The position numbers were made by a program, and so were the translations under genes. A stretch of 64,000 nt of DNA from Guillardia theta CCMP2712 (lineage: Eukaryota; Protista; Cryptophyta). A model generated the notes under the pieces. That model was given only the letters and a program-made list of their open reading frames with translations. It ran no database searches and was not told where the DNA came from. Below are positions 1 through 12,142 of this stretch, in pieces. The DNA lies in the NCBI RefSeq assembly GCF_000315625.1, contig NW_005434653.1, positions 39,373 through 103,372 of the forward strand, read 5' to 3'. Numbering within the stretch: the first letter of the stretch is position 1; the number at the start of each line of letters is the position of its first letter.

Positions 1-1634
1 GTTTGAAATCTGTTCTCCTCGGAGTCTGAATCAAGACAGGTTCGGACTGCTGACCTTCAACCTCAATTTCAATGCTAGCCATGAACGTTCTCACCGCCCC
101 TTCGCCGCCGGCCTCCCCTCAGCAGCCTTCTTGTCTCCTGGCCATCAAATGAAACTCTACGATACTCTCATCACTGCGTACTGCCGGCGTGCAGCACTAC
201 CTAGGCTACTTCCTAGGACCCAGATCATCGGCCCCCCCCTAGGTACCCTATCGGCATCTGGTTTTACCCAAGAATGTTTTCTTTGTCAATAATGAAAATT
301 TGCTATAAAAGTATTGTATGAAATAAATAGAAAGTACCCGTCTGTAGTCCTGCTAAAAGTACCCCACTAGCTCAGCAGCATTCCCCCGGTACGTTGTTGA
401 TCACGGATCACTGACTTTAAAACAATGTTAATGTCTCTAAAACGTTTTGAAGACATTTACATATTTATTGCCCAAACTCGTGAAGCATCAGATAGTCGAG
501 CCCCACCCCCCCAACTGAGCATATCAGCAAGGGGAAACCACCCCTTCAACAAGCACCGGCGCAATTTTCGGAGACTTGTGACGCACATCAAGCCGCGATA
601 AGTGTACAACTCTTGATTCCTCATCCCCCTCATACTCAAGTTTTGACCGTTAATTGCTGGTTGACTGGCCGTTGGGCCGCGACGTTGAGGCTCTTCCGGT
701 TCGTCTTTGTGGAGCAGAACTAGTGGCCGTCCTATGTCAAGCTGAAAACTACTTGACCCAGTGAAACTCTCCCGCCCTGCTCAAGAAAAATGGGCGAGCA
801 CCATTAGTGAAGGATGATGGCTGCATCACTGAAGCATATATGCCCTACACTGACTGAAGATGTTGGATCGTTGTGTTTTAGCCAGGAGTCGGGCGATGTA
901 TGAAAATGAACGATGAAAGTACACTCCAATTTCATGCTGGCAACCTGTGTCTTCAAAACTGAAGAATGGTTCAGACATTTGTTCAGACAGCCTCGGTTTG
1001 GTTTACTGTGGCCTTGACTGAAGTTACAGCAAACCAATACAAACACATGTTGAAAACAATGACAAGACAGCTGTTTTGAATGATGAGAAGATGGAAAAAG
1101 TGAATCATCTCTGAAACTTGTCTGAGAAAATATGGTCTCAAGGGATAGGTGAGGATGTGCTGTGAAAACAATTCATTGGAAGTCATCATACGCATTCCTT
1201 TTGAAAACAGCCCATCAAGAAACCAAATCGGAATCTCGTGCCTCCTGTGTGCATTTTCCACATTGCAGAGACATGCGATGAAAAGCAGCATGGGGTCGAA
1301 TTCTCCTGAGACACCAATTCCTCGGAATTTATCATGCATCATCATCTCATGTTTCAGCCAGCTGATTTATTGAATACTGCTGCTGCCGCCGCCGCCGCAA
1401 CTGTTGCCGACTGCTTCAGCTGATACTTTTCTCGTGTAGCGAAGTGGTGCGACAGGTGGTTTAGAAGATTGCAATCCATGACAATGCAGAGTTTAACAGA
1501 ATTTTTTTTTGACAGCTCTCAATACCAATGCGTACTTTAAGTGAGCCTTTATGATTTGACCGATACTTTCAACAAACTTAACATGCTATGTACAATCTAA
1601 AGAATAACTATTTACAGCCGTCGCTCTCATCGGC

Positions 1635-1898
1635 CTACCGCACAAAGATGCTTTCATGTCGCACGCAGCTGATCTCCGAAAGCTTGCAAGCTTTCGACGC
1701 AGCCTGAGAAATGCTCTGCAGCACCAGCTCTCCCTTGCCGTCGTCCTTCCGATGGCTCAATGACGTCCCGGGACGTTGACTCGCGAGATTGTCGACGTAT
1801 GCTTGCTGTGCCGCATTGAGGCGGAAGGCCTTTCTGGCGATACCGCGAGACGGGAGGGACAGGCGCTCGTTGAGGAGGACAAAGGAAGCGGAAGTCAT
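1635..1898 (-). CDS. Small hypothetical protein (87 aa), copy A of an unrecognised microprotein family
   Basis: Intronless ATG-TAG ORF, identical in protein to 2492-2755 and homologous by eye to 15405-15695. Confidence 0.75.
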   Translation of the reverse strand: MTSASFVLLNERLSLPSRGIARKAFRLNAAQQAYVDNLASQRPGTSLSHRKDDGKGELVLQSISQAASKACKLSEISCVRHESIFVR

Positions 1899-2491
1899 GG
1901 CGAGTTGAAAGGAGGAGAAGAGATGATCACGACGGGAGTATGCGTAGGAGATGAGTAGGAGGTGCAGTATTTACTACAGGGAAGAATGGTGTAGTAAACG
2001 TACCATGCGGCTCCTTGCAATCTCAGTGACAGCACTCTTTACTACAGTACAGAAACTGACCGGATCCCTGATCAGCACGGACCTTCTTTACAATTTGAAC
2101 GGCTGAGCAACAGATCCTTTAAACGGACGCACAGTAATTGGTGGGGGTGGAAAGACTGATTTGCAGGGGTAGTAGCGATTCCCAAATAAATTGACATCCT
2201 GATTCTGATAGCTTGTCACTTCGTTTGAATTGGCGCAATATTCGGCTTTTTTTAGCATCTTCTCCCTTCGATCATGGGCTAGCTCCCCGTTGCTGACATT
2301 GCTGACATGGAAGATATGTAGTAAAGAGCTGTAGGTGTGCTGTATGGGTGCGAGATGCTGTCACTGAGATTGCAAGGAGCCGCATGGTACGTTTACTACA
2401 CCATTCTTCCCTGTAGTAAATACTGCACCTCCTACTCATCTCCTACGCATACTCCCGTCGTGATCATCTCTTCTCCTCCTTTCAACTCGCC

Positions 2492-2755
2492 ATGACTTCC
2501 GCTTCCTTTGTCCTCCTCAACGAGCGCCTGTCCCTACCGTCTCGCGGTATCGCCAGAAAGGCCTTCCGCCTCAATGCGGCACAGCAAGCATACGTCGACA
2601 ATCTCGCGAGTCAACGTCCCGGGACGTCATTGAGCCATCGGAAGGACGACGGCAAGGGAGAGCTGGTGCTGCAGAGCATTTCTCAGGCTGCGTCGAAAGC
2701 TTGCAAGCTTTCGGAGATCAGCTGCGTGCGACATGAAAGCATCTTTGTGCGGTAG
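2492..2755 (+). CDS. Small hypothetical protein (87 aa), copy B
   Basis: As copy A. The visible difference between the copies is synonymous (Leu CTC/CTA). Confidence 0.75.
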   Translation: MTSASFVLLNERLSLPSRGIARKAFRLNAAQQAYVDNLASQRPGTSLSHRKDDGKGELVLQSISQAASKACKLSEISCVRHESIFVR

Positions 2756-3496
2756 GCCGATGAGAGCGACGGCTGTAAATAGTTATTCTTTAGATTGTAC
2801 ATAGCATGTTAAGTTTGTTGAAAGTATCGGTCAAATCATAAAGGCTCACTTATAAATCGCAGACGGAACTCGATTGTCGAATTCGTTATGTTTTGAAGCT
2901 TATTTAGATGTCACAATCAACGACAATTTGATACGAATTTGTCCCGAGACTGTTGACAGGAACACTGGAGGAGTTGCAATTTATTAGGTTTGTTTGTTTG
3001 ATCATGTTTGGACGGGGCTGTTGAGTTAAGGATACCCAGAGATGATATGCTTGGAGAAGGTCTGTCGCTAGTCGCTCAAAGCTGACGTGTACATACCATC
3101 AGAGTGATCGCAACAATTATAGCTAAAAGGCTCGAGAAGGTTTCGGATTCCGTACTTCGTGTACTTCATTTCGGTACACCACATTTAGACGGCTATATCG
3201 TGCTGTTATCCTTTCAAGCATGTATATGATAGATTCAGTTCCAGTACGAATGCTTGTTCGCTCGGCTATCATGCCAAGCTGTTTTGAGGAGTCCCCGGTG
3301 ACGCTTTTTCAAGCCTCAGCCCGCCCTTTTCCTTTCTGACAGTACACACGGTTGACAAGTTTGTTTTGTAACAACTGTGTCTGATGACAGGGAGATCACA
3401 TCGGATTCGAGGAGGCTGAGGCATTCTTACCGGGATTTTCAAGGTGTTCTTGCTTGATTGATGCATCCCAGGCGCACTGGCAGGCTGGCCATAAGC

Positions 3497-5050
3497 CGAA
3501 CTTCGAAGTCTGAGGACTCCAGAGAAATAAAGAGGCCCCAGTGAGTCCGACGCCGCCGCTTCTCAAGTTCCGAGCCCAGGCCGCCCGGCGGCGGCCGGGA
3601 GTCCGAGTCCGACCCGACTCGCGGCGAGTCGAGTGCGGCGCCCGGGACTCCGGGAGCCTCCGAGTCTGGAAGTCTGGCACCCTGGGCCCGCCCGGTTCGG
3701 CCGCGCCGGGCCCGCCATAAGTTCTGATACGTTCAGTGGGGTGCTAATATAAAACTCTTGATCCAACTTGTAATAATAACTCTCGTATGAATCACATTTT
3801 AAAATATTGTAATTTTGAGAGGCCGTAATGGAAATGGAGTACTGGGCCAGGAAACTCTGGACATCTCAAATCATTTTTAGATAACAATTATGATAATTTC
3901 AAATTACCCTGAAATTTTTGAATCCAACTTCCTTATTTTGCCACAACGTTTCACACGAATGGTCGTAAATGCTCCTAAACAATTGCACCCTACCCATATC
4001 ACAAATGAGTTTAAAACTACTTTTATACCCCTGAAGATGAGGAAACCACCCCACCCGTCCACCATCTCACTACACACAGGGTGCTCTCTGCGTCTCATAC
4101 TTGCGCTACCCACCCCACTTTACTTGCTACTGGCAGCACCCAGTCACACAGTATACCCCCTCTGAGGGTCAGAACCCCACCAACCCTATCACTAATCACC
4201 CCTCACTAGATTCTGATCCGGAAATATCAAAAAATTTCTGTGACGAAGATCGAATGTGGGGTGGTCTTTCTGAATTTTTTGATGGAATGAGACCCAACTC
4301 AGTGAAATGTTTCTCCTAACATTTGATCTGTCCACGAACATTCATCCAGATTTCAACATAATCATTGAACTGTTCCTGTGGTTAAAGAGAATACAAGGGG
4401 TTGCTTTCCGACCAGCAATTTTATAGGTCCGCCTCAAAACCAGAAACTACCCCTGTACCCCAAGTCACCTGAGACCTACCCCAGGAATTCATGACTTGAA
4501 TGATACCCCCTACCCTACAGCATAAAGTTTACTACCTACCCTGGCTATCCCTTGCTTTACCACCGCAGCTACCCCTTCTCTGACTACTCAACCGAAGCCC
4601 GACTACAATCTGGACCCCGGGACCCACCCCCTCGGTGCAAAATATTCCAACGAAAGGAGGGGGTTATGAACAAGCGGGGTGATAGGTAGTCACAGGTACC
4701 CCTTGGAATGATAGAGGAAGGACCCGTACACACTCCCTGCAACCCTTGCAACCCAAGGAACCCCTACCCTTTCGACCCTAATAACCTTACCTGACAAGAA
4801 CGCTTTCTACCACCCCTTGTTCCTATAGACACTACCCTTGGAAATCACAGCAACCTCCACCTCTCTGATGTGCCTCCTCGAGGACTACCCTCGCTTACGA
4901 CTCCTAGTAACTTGTATTTCCTATGATTGTGACTAGCACCTTCCTATGGCCCGACTGGCATACCACCACTGCCCCACCCCTACCCTACCCCCCGTTTCCC
5001 ACTCCAACCAACTGCGCACCCCAGCATTGCCCTTCCCGCCATGGCTGCCA
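3497..5050. other. Non-coding motif island (GC-rich CCGG/GGCC/GAGTC core ~3540-3720, then a TACCC-rich arm)
   Basis: Dense ccgg, ggcc, gagtc/gactc and aagtt words, followed by many tacc(c)c words. No credible ORF. Lies upstream of the gene at 5447. Confidence 0.6.
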
Positions 5051-5446
5051 GCTCCGTTTGAGCGCGGGAGGGTTGAACATCCTCCTGTGATCAAGAGCTG
5101 TTGGATTCCGTCAGCCCTGAGGTGCGATCGAGACAGATTCCTCATCCTTAGCTGGGCATTCTTTTCCCATCGAGTGGTTGGTCTTGGTAAATAGACCAAG
5201 AGCAAGGTTGGGGCTGCTTCGCCCTGGTCAGGACCACAATCTTTCCGGTCATTCGGTTGAGTCGATCGCTTACCCAAGCGTATCGTCGTTGTATTCTTTG
5301 TATTTCTCGTTCTTTTTCCAGCTCTGCTCTCTGGTTATCGGACTAGTTCAACTCGCCTTTTTCTGTTAGTTTGGGCACATTTGCGTTCGCAGCACTACCG
5401 CCCTGCTCTTCTCAAACATTTTGTTTCATAGCCGCCGCACAAGTGG

Positions 5447-6993
5447 ATGTCACCAGTAGACTGTCCAGTGATGTTGGCAAATCCTACACCTTGTCATGGT
5501 ATGTGGTCGAACTCAGTGTTTGATATGGGGGGTTCTACCCCCCAAGGGTGCGCAAGTGAGTACCGGGCTCCAAGCACGGGCAACGGAGCCATTCATAAAT
5601 CAGCACGACAATCGCTTCGTCTTGCTGTCAAGAGTGCGAGCGACATAAGAGTCAAAGGAGAGGTCCAGAGCGCCTATTGGAAGCCCCTTTTCAGTCCCAA
5701 GAAGCCAGTCAAGAAGGATGACTCAGCAGCGACGAAGCTCAAGACCCCTTCGCGAACAAACAATCGCACGCAAGATGCCGATGGCAAGGGAATGGCTGGG
5801 AAACGCAAGCGAAACTCGTCACTAGAATCAATTTTATCTCAGTCTTGCTTGAATGTCAATGAGGGAAAGAACATCAAGAAAGAAAAAGAACACGATAAAT
5901 ATTGTCATTTTTGTCAGGTCAAATATCTGTGTTTGAAAGCTCCATCATGATGTACTTGTGCAGCACGTCAAGGTCAATATGCTGGCGTGCGAGTCGCCAG
6001 ATTGTACTCATAGGTTGGAAGTATCTGCTTGTGAAAGATAACCTGACTGTTGTGTAGATTTTGCACGTATTGTTTGGCTGTTCACTTAGGAGACAATACC
6101 GATCCTTCTTCAAGTTCTTCATGGAAGATGGGGCATTGGTCGTGTCCGACCTGCCGTCAAGAGTAAAACACATCTTTGTTAAACTGGGAAATATTCATGA
6201 TGGTTTACAGGTGCTGTTGCTCCTTGTCGGAATGCAGTAAGTCCCATCGCCACTGCAAAGCGTTCCGATACAGGTGAGCACGCTTTTTGCTTGTTTCTTG
6301 GATTTATTCCCCTCCAGATGTCGAAGAGCCAATGCAGCAAACTTGAGAATGTCTGCTGCACATGCATTGGTTTCATTGGGTGTTTCAGGCAATGAAGATC
6401 CTAAGAACAAGGCCTGCAAGTCTCAGAAACTTTCTACTTCTGGGAAGACCAAGAAAACCAACATTGGCAGTGAAACAGGCTCGGCTGTTCCGTTAGGCCC
6501 CCCGGAAGGTTCGGAAACCCGCGCTCCAGGGAACAACCCACACGAACACGAAGATCAAAAGGCGATGATGCAAGCACAAGCGGATCGTGTGCTTGGGCTG
6601 CTGTGCATGATCACAGCCGAACAAGCCAATGTATGCCTCTATATTCCTCTACAAGTGGATCGTGACCTTATATACCAGGAGGAGACTGAGGAAAGCCTTC
6701 ATTCTGATTGCAGCAACGAGTCCGATTCTCCATCTCAGGATTGTGACGAAGAGAAGGAGGTTGCGGAGACGACAGCCGAGAGCTGCACCAGCTCACTGGA
6801 AGAACTTGCTCTGTTTGCCTTACAGTCTCTCGCAGCTATCCCGGGGGAGGATTTGAAAGCGGCTCCTGTGGGTCCAGAAACAACAGGCAGGACAGGAGAT
6901 GTCTCCCCCGGTAGACCAACAGCAGAATGCTCTCCTTGTACACCTCGAGAGGATCTCTCGTACGACAGTGCTTCCCCAGAACACCATGTCTAG
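5447..6993 (+). CDS. zf-4CXXC_R1 (CDCA7-type) zinc-finger protein, 5 exons
   Basis: Removing four ~45-nt GT-AG introns gives KYCHFCQ-HVKVNMLACESPDCTHR-FCTYCLAVHLG...WSCPTCRQE-CCCSLSECSKSHRHCKAFRYR-CRR. The N-terminus is basic (KRKR) and the C-terminus acidic. Confidence 0.8.
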
Positions 6994-7112
6994 AGCATAA
7001 TGCTTTTGCCTTACACACGTGAATCTAAAGTGATGGTGAAAAGAGATAATAATTAGAGCCGCTGGGAATCTGAAAACATGTTTATGAATTCAGAGTATAA
7101 TCTCAGGTTTCT

Positions 7113-8504
7113 CTATAGCCTATGGCCTACCGATCCCTCTGACGGTGATATCTGAATCTAATCTGAAAGTCAGCGATATCCTGCAGGGTCAGAGCTGGAG
7201 AAGTTTAAGTCTCACCTCATAGCTCCACACAGAGCGAGGTTGAACGTGGAGGTTCCAGTACTGTTCGGCAATGTGCGCAGGGTCCATGAGCGGGACGTTG
7301 GTGCCCCATCCCTTGGTGTTGGGCGATTCGATGACTCCGTCAATGATGACATGGCCAACATGAACTCCTTGAGCAGCGAGCTCCTGGAACAGCGACTGCC
7401 CGTAGGAACGCAGCGCTGCCTTGACCGGAGCCACCGACCCGAACTTCTTACCTCCTCTGAGAGACACCAGTCAAGGAAGGGGAGGCAGCGGAGAGAGCTA
7501 ACCTCAGAGAAGCAGTAGCGCCGGAAAGGAGGATCGTTCCCTTGCCCTGAACCTGAAGATGAGCGGTGGAGGAAGAGGGGAACAAGGAGCCAGGGGGAAG
7601 ACTCTACTGGCCTGCTCGATCATCTTGGGGACGACTTGACTGTTGCATCGAAGGCAGCCAGTGACTCCGATGCTGCTCAGATCATCAGAACGAGGATGAA
7701 GGAGGAGAGGGGATGAAGATTTTGGAATACTTAAAGGCAGAGTCAAAGAACTGCGGGTCGATGTCATGAGCAGCAGGGAGGTTGGGGAATTCGTGTCCAG
7801 GAGGAAACGGAGGAGCCACGTTGTAAATCATGACCTGAGAGCTGCGAGATGAGACGGGAGAAGAACAAGCACGGGAAGGGAGCACCTCCACCTTGCCGAG
7901 CGAGAAGATCTGTTTGAAGGCGGTAGAGACGCTCTCCATGTCCGTGACATCGCAGCAGATGGAGGTAGCAGTTCCTCCTGGGGTTCCGTGAGAATGGAAG
8001 ACAGGAAGGGAGGGGAAAGAGAGGAGGGAGAAGGAAAGTTGTCGTACCTTGATTCCTTACCTCCTCCGCTACCGCCTGTAAACTAGGTTCAGTCTTCTCT
8101 TCTCACTCCTCCCTCCCCTCCTCCCTCCCCTCCTCCCTCCCCTCCTCCCTCCCCATTCCCCCGCTCCATTTCCTCTCTAGTCACCTCAACCACATCCTTC
8201 CGTCTAGCGAGGAGCGCAACGTGATATCCGCCTGCCAGCCTTTCACTCCTCTCGGCCTCCCTTCACATCCTCCACCTTGAGCAAACCGCAGGGACAAGGC
8301 ACCTCCCAGGCCCTGAACGAGCTCGTCACTACCTTTCAGTTTTCCCTCGCCCCTCACCCATCGGGAGGAGGGAGGGATTTCCTTCATGGACCCTCCTTTG
8401 TCGTGCTTCGACCCTGCGCGTGCTGACCTCAGCAACGAGCCTGTCAACTAGCGTGATGGTGGGTGACCTGGGCCGACGATGACAGCGATTGGCTTGCTCG
8501 ACAT
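7113..8504 (-). CDS. Short-chain dehydrogenase/reductase (SDR), multi-exon
   Basis: MSSKPIAVIVGPG...RWGLGGALSLRFAQGGYHVALLARR; VMIYNVAP; SLRGGKKFGSVAPVKAALRSYGQSLFQELAAQGVHVGHVIIDGVI...HIAEQYWNLHVQPRSVWSYE. Confidence 0.9.
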
Positions 8505-8512
8505 GGCTCGAC

Positions 8513-8876
8513 TTGCAAACGAAAACTCAACTAGAACAAAACTAGAGCAACAGGGTCAAGGCAGGCAGCACAAAGTCTCCCCGGCTTCTCTCCTACATGC
8601 TGCAGCATCATCATTCACTATTGCTCCCTCCTCACTGCAACTACAAGCATCTCATCCCCTTAGCCATGGCGGGCATGACATCACACGACGATCATTGCAA
8701 ACGAAAACTCAACTAGAACAAAACTAGAGCAACAGGGTCAAGGCAGGCAGCACAAAGTCTCCCCGGCTTCTCTCCTACATGCTGCAGCATCATCATTCAC
8801 TATTGCTCCCTCCTCACTGCAACTACAAGCATCTCATCCCCTTAGCCATGGCGGGCATGACATCACACGACGATCA
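8513..8876. repeat. 182-bp direct tandem duplication (8513-8694, 8695-8876)
   Basis: Both copies run ttgcaaacgaaaactcaactagaac...catcacacgacgatca and appear identical. Confidence 0.95.
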
Positions 8877-9218
8877 TCGCAAGCACAAGAGACGCACAGG
8901 CCATGCAAGAGAAGAGGCCTGAGAGCGTCGACTGTCCTGCCGACGCGCATGGCAGACGCTGGTGAGAGGAGGGGCTCGACAAGTCAGAGAGACAAGAGGT
9001 GCGATGCTGAGATGCTAAGAGGGAGAGGAGACCGGGAGAGACGAGGAGGAGAAGAAACCGGGAGAGACGAGGAGGAGAGCAAAGAGGAAAGAGGGGAAGA
9101 GGAGAAGGGTATGCGTAAAAGCAGGGGATGCTCAGATAGTATCGCACTTTCTTTCTTTCTTTTTTTTCTATTTTTTTTCTTGTAGGGTTCGCGATCCGCC
9201 TCAGACCGTGGTGCGTCT

Positions 9219-10869
9219 ATGGACTTCAAGAATGCAGGCAAGCAGATCGAGGGACTGGGGTCCTGCGGCTCTTCCCGCCAACCTCCCATCTAGTTGCCCG
9301 TCTCCTCTCCTCTCAATCCTCTCGCTTCCCTCTGCTGCCCTGCTTGCCCTCGCCGTCCGTCCTTCCTTCCTTCATGCATTCCTCCCTCCCTCCCTCCCTC
9401 CCTCCCTCCCTCCCTTCCTCCTAAATACGGCCGTTACTCCGTTCACCCTGTCTCCTTCCATCTGTTTCTCCTCTGTGCCATTTGTTTATACCACATGTTT
9501 CTCGCTTGTATTCCTTGCTCTGTGCCTATCTCAGTCCCTCTCACTTGTTCTCCTCACCTTATCTCATCTCCTCGGTTTTAAGACCCTTCTTCAGCAAATT
9601 ACATTCGCAACCCGCCGACATCGTTGAGCAGGTGATAACTTGGATAATCGGAGGCCTCCGCTGACCTGCTGTGTTTCGACCATCACAGCGAACAGCAGCT
9701 GAGGCTGTATGCTCTCTACAAGCAAGCGACAGTATCATGCTTCTTCTCGCTCGCTGCAGCATCAGTGTGACATCGGCCCAGGTGGGCAAGTGCGATGCCC
9801 CGAAGCCAGGATTTCTCGATTTCGTCGGAAAGGTGTGATGGTAGGTGACTTTCAATGCTGATGTTGGAAGCAAAGGCGAAATGGTCGGCATGGAAGGAGC
9901 TTGAGGGAATGACGCAGGAGGAGGCAGAGGAAGAATATGTGAGGACAGCAATCAAGCATATGGTTGACTGAGATCATGTCCAGGTGAAGGAGGTTGACAG
10001 CATCTGTCCTCAGTGGAGAGGGAACACAGGGCAGGTGGAACCAAACAGGGATGTCCATGAGGAGATCGAGTTTCTCCTAGAGCGAAAGGACGACAATAGA
10101 ACAAACGCTACCATGAAACTCGGGCCGTCGGTGAGCACCATGCGCAGTCAGTGCGAAGATGAAGTGAGAGTCGTCCGGAACGCCATCACATGCTCAGTTG
10201 CTTACACGATGGTGTGTAGGATGTCGCGAATGATCTTGACGTATTCGACCTCTACGGGAGAGGGAGGAAAGATGAACTGACGGTCAGCAGGAGGAGGATG
10301 AGGAGGAGGGGTCCCAGGAGACTGACGGTACCTGCAGCTGCTCCTCAAGGATGGCTCGCGTGTCAACCAGAAGGACGAAGATGGACAAGTAGCTCTCTTG
10401 TACCTCAATCATCCGAATGATGTCCACATGCAGACTCTCCTCCACTTCGCTGCAGACGCTGGAGACGCCGACCTCGTCACGATACTTCTGCAAGTACCGA
10501 GATCGTTGCCAGGAGTTTCTTCTTTGTCTGATATCCATGCAGGCCAAGGCGGAGGTCAACGCTGCAGCTTCGGATGGTCAAACTGCGTTGCATTGCGCGT
10601 GCGCATCCGATCGGCTGGAAGTTTGCAAGCTCCTCAAGGTAAGTTCACGCGCAACCCTATCCCTGTTGCCTTGCGTCCAGGGGTGTGATCTCAAATCGCT
10701 CAGGCTCATGGTGCTGATTGCTCCCTCAAGGATGAGGACGGGGTTCTACCTTGTGGTGACTCTTGCTGAACCATGTGTAGCTGCTTTTGACGTTTCTGCA
10801 TGTCAGAACTTACAACATCTCAAGCGATCCGAGATGTTCTATCTTGATATCAATCTGGTCCGGAGCTAA
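9219..10869 (+). CDS. Acyl-CoA-binding protein with ankyrin repeats (ACBD6-like), multi-exon; ends approximate
   Basis: Spliced: MDFKNAANYIR...[53 protein letters not shown]. Ankyrin repeats DEDGQTLLHFAADAGDADLVTILLQ and DGQTALHCACASDRLEVCKLLK. Confidence 0.92.
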
Positions 10870-10981
10870 CTTTTTCGTTGTTTCATTCATTGCTGAAGTA
10901 TAAGTTGGAAGCCGTAAGGGTTAAAGAATTTACAGGATTGCAACCTGCAAACAAATCAGACAAACGAGACGAACATGCCAA

Positions 10982-11715
10982 TTAACGCACCGGTGCAGCA
11001 TAAGCTCCGCTATCACCCTGAAACTGAGGAGCAAGCCAGTCAATCTGCAAGTGCGTCAATTCACCGGCCATTGTCTTCATCCCCTTCCTACCCTTGGTCC
11101 GTTGTTGGTCATCGGAGCATCAGGGCAGATAGTAACAGCACCCATGTCCTAACATGCAAGAGGTCAGAGTATGCAGGGGTAAGGCATCGTGTACCTCATC
11201 AGTGTTTCCAGTGGCAGCACATCCGAAAACGCCGGATACAAATCCATAAGCAAGCTTTTGGGTGGGAGCAATCTGGAAACGTGTTTAACGATTGATGAAA
11301 ATACATTGTTCATGAGAAAAAAATGCTCCTGCTGTGCTTCTTTCACAATAAAGTGCTAATATACGCGAACCAAATCTCTTACAACGATCTCAACTTGTGC
11401 GAATCACTCGGCCTTGAGCTTTACGCGCTCACTCAGAGATTCCGACTTGATCGTCTTCAATACTTGATAGAAACTTGTTCAACCATCATATAGTTGGTCT
11501 AATAGTATCATTGCTCTTGAGACAACTTCCGTCCCCTAGTACTTCAACCACTCTGTCATGTATGGCTGAACATCTGCACAGGCTGCTCTGTTCGAATTCT
11601 CTGACATACATGTCCTGCTATCTTGCCCTCTTGCCCTTGATCCTGAACCCTCTTCCTCTCTCTGCATTCGTTCTGCTCATTTGCCCGTTTTCCCCGCACG
11701 CACCTGGAACAGCAT
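10982..11715 (-). CDS. Hypothetical protein (~130 aa, 8 short exons)
   Basis: A phase-consistent chain of short GT-AG introns gives MLFQREEEGSG...YVQPYMTEWLNFYQVLKTIKSESLIEIVVRDLVRQEHFFLMNNIAPTQKLAYGFVSGVFGCAATGNTDEDMGAVTICPD...AYAAPVR*. Confidence 0.65.
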
Positions 11716-11926
11716 TGTCGCGCCTCTTCGCAGCGTCTTTCCACCTGACGGTTATTTCAGCTAAAACGGTCAATTGGCAGTTAGATGTAACGGCACTAAT
11801 AATAATAAGAGGCAATTTCCCCGGAAAGTTTCAGGTCTAAAAGTTGAAGTTTAGAGGGTTTTTTAAGTTGAAGTTTGAAAGTTTCATCATGGCTCAGTAA
11901 TGGACGGATCTGGAGCACGGGGGGGT

Positions 11927-12010
11927 AGGACAGGACAGGACAGGACAGGACAGGACAGGACAGGACAGGACAGGACAGGACAGGACAGGACAGGACAGGA
12001 CAGGACAGGA
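11927..12010 (+). repeat. (GGACA)n pentanucleotide microsatellite
   Basis: Direct reading. Confidence 0.97.
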
Positions 12011-12142
12011 GTCTCAGACGTCATAGGTGTTGACATATTGAATGGGTTTTGTGACCGGGCTGCGTCCAGGAAGTCACCCACCGTCAACATTCTGGGTGAT
12101 CTTCACCTCCTCGTCCTCGTCATAGCTCTTTGTTCTTCCTCC

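Larger units (their letters stand above)
1538..2852. repeat. Long inverted repeat: 497-bp arms (1538-2034 and 2356-2852) with a 321-bp spacer
   Basis: The arms are reverse complements (paired positions sum to 4390). I saw one mismatch (1854/2536). Identical 87-aa ORFs lie on opposite strands. Confidence 0.97.

Noticed and set aside
800-1480. Possible decayed transposon or gene fragment left of the inverted repeat (ORFs 983-1345 and 804-1046)
   Set aside because: Plus-strand frames are riddled with TGA stops and show no convincing motif (only a lone CIFH). I cannot assign it.
1538-2852. Inverted repeat as transposon TIRs
   Set aside because: The arms are whole genes with a diverged paralogue elsewhere; no target-site duplication or transposase was seen.
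2860-3480. Intron-like GT-AG segments suggesting a gene remnant right of the inverted repeat
   Set aside because: I could not build a stop-free, phase-consistent model.
7450-7467. SLRGG in the SDR
   Set aside because: It is an internal SDR motif, not part of an N-terminal leader.
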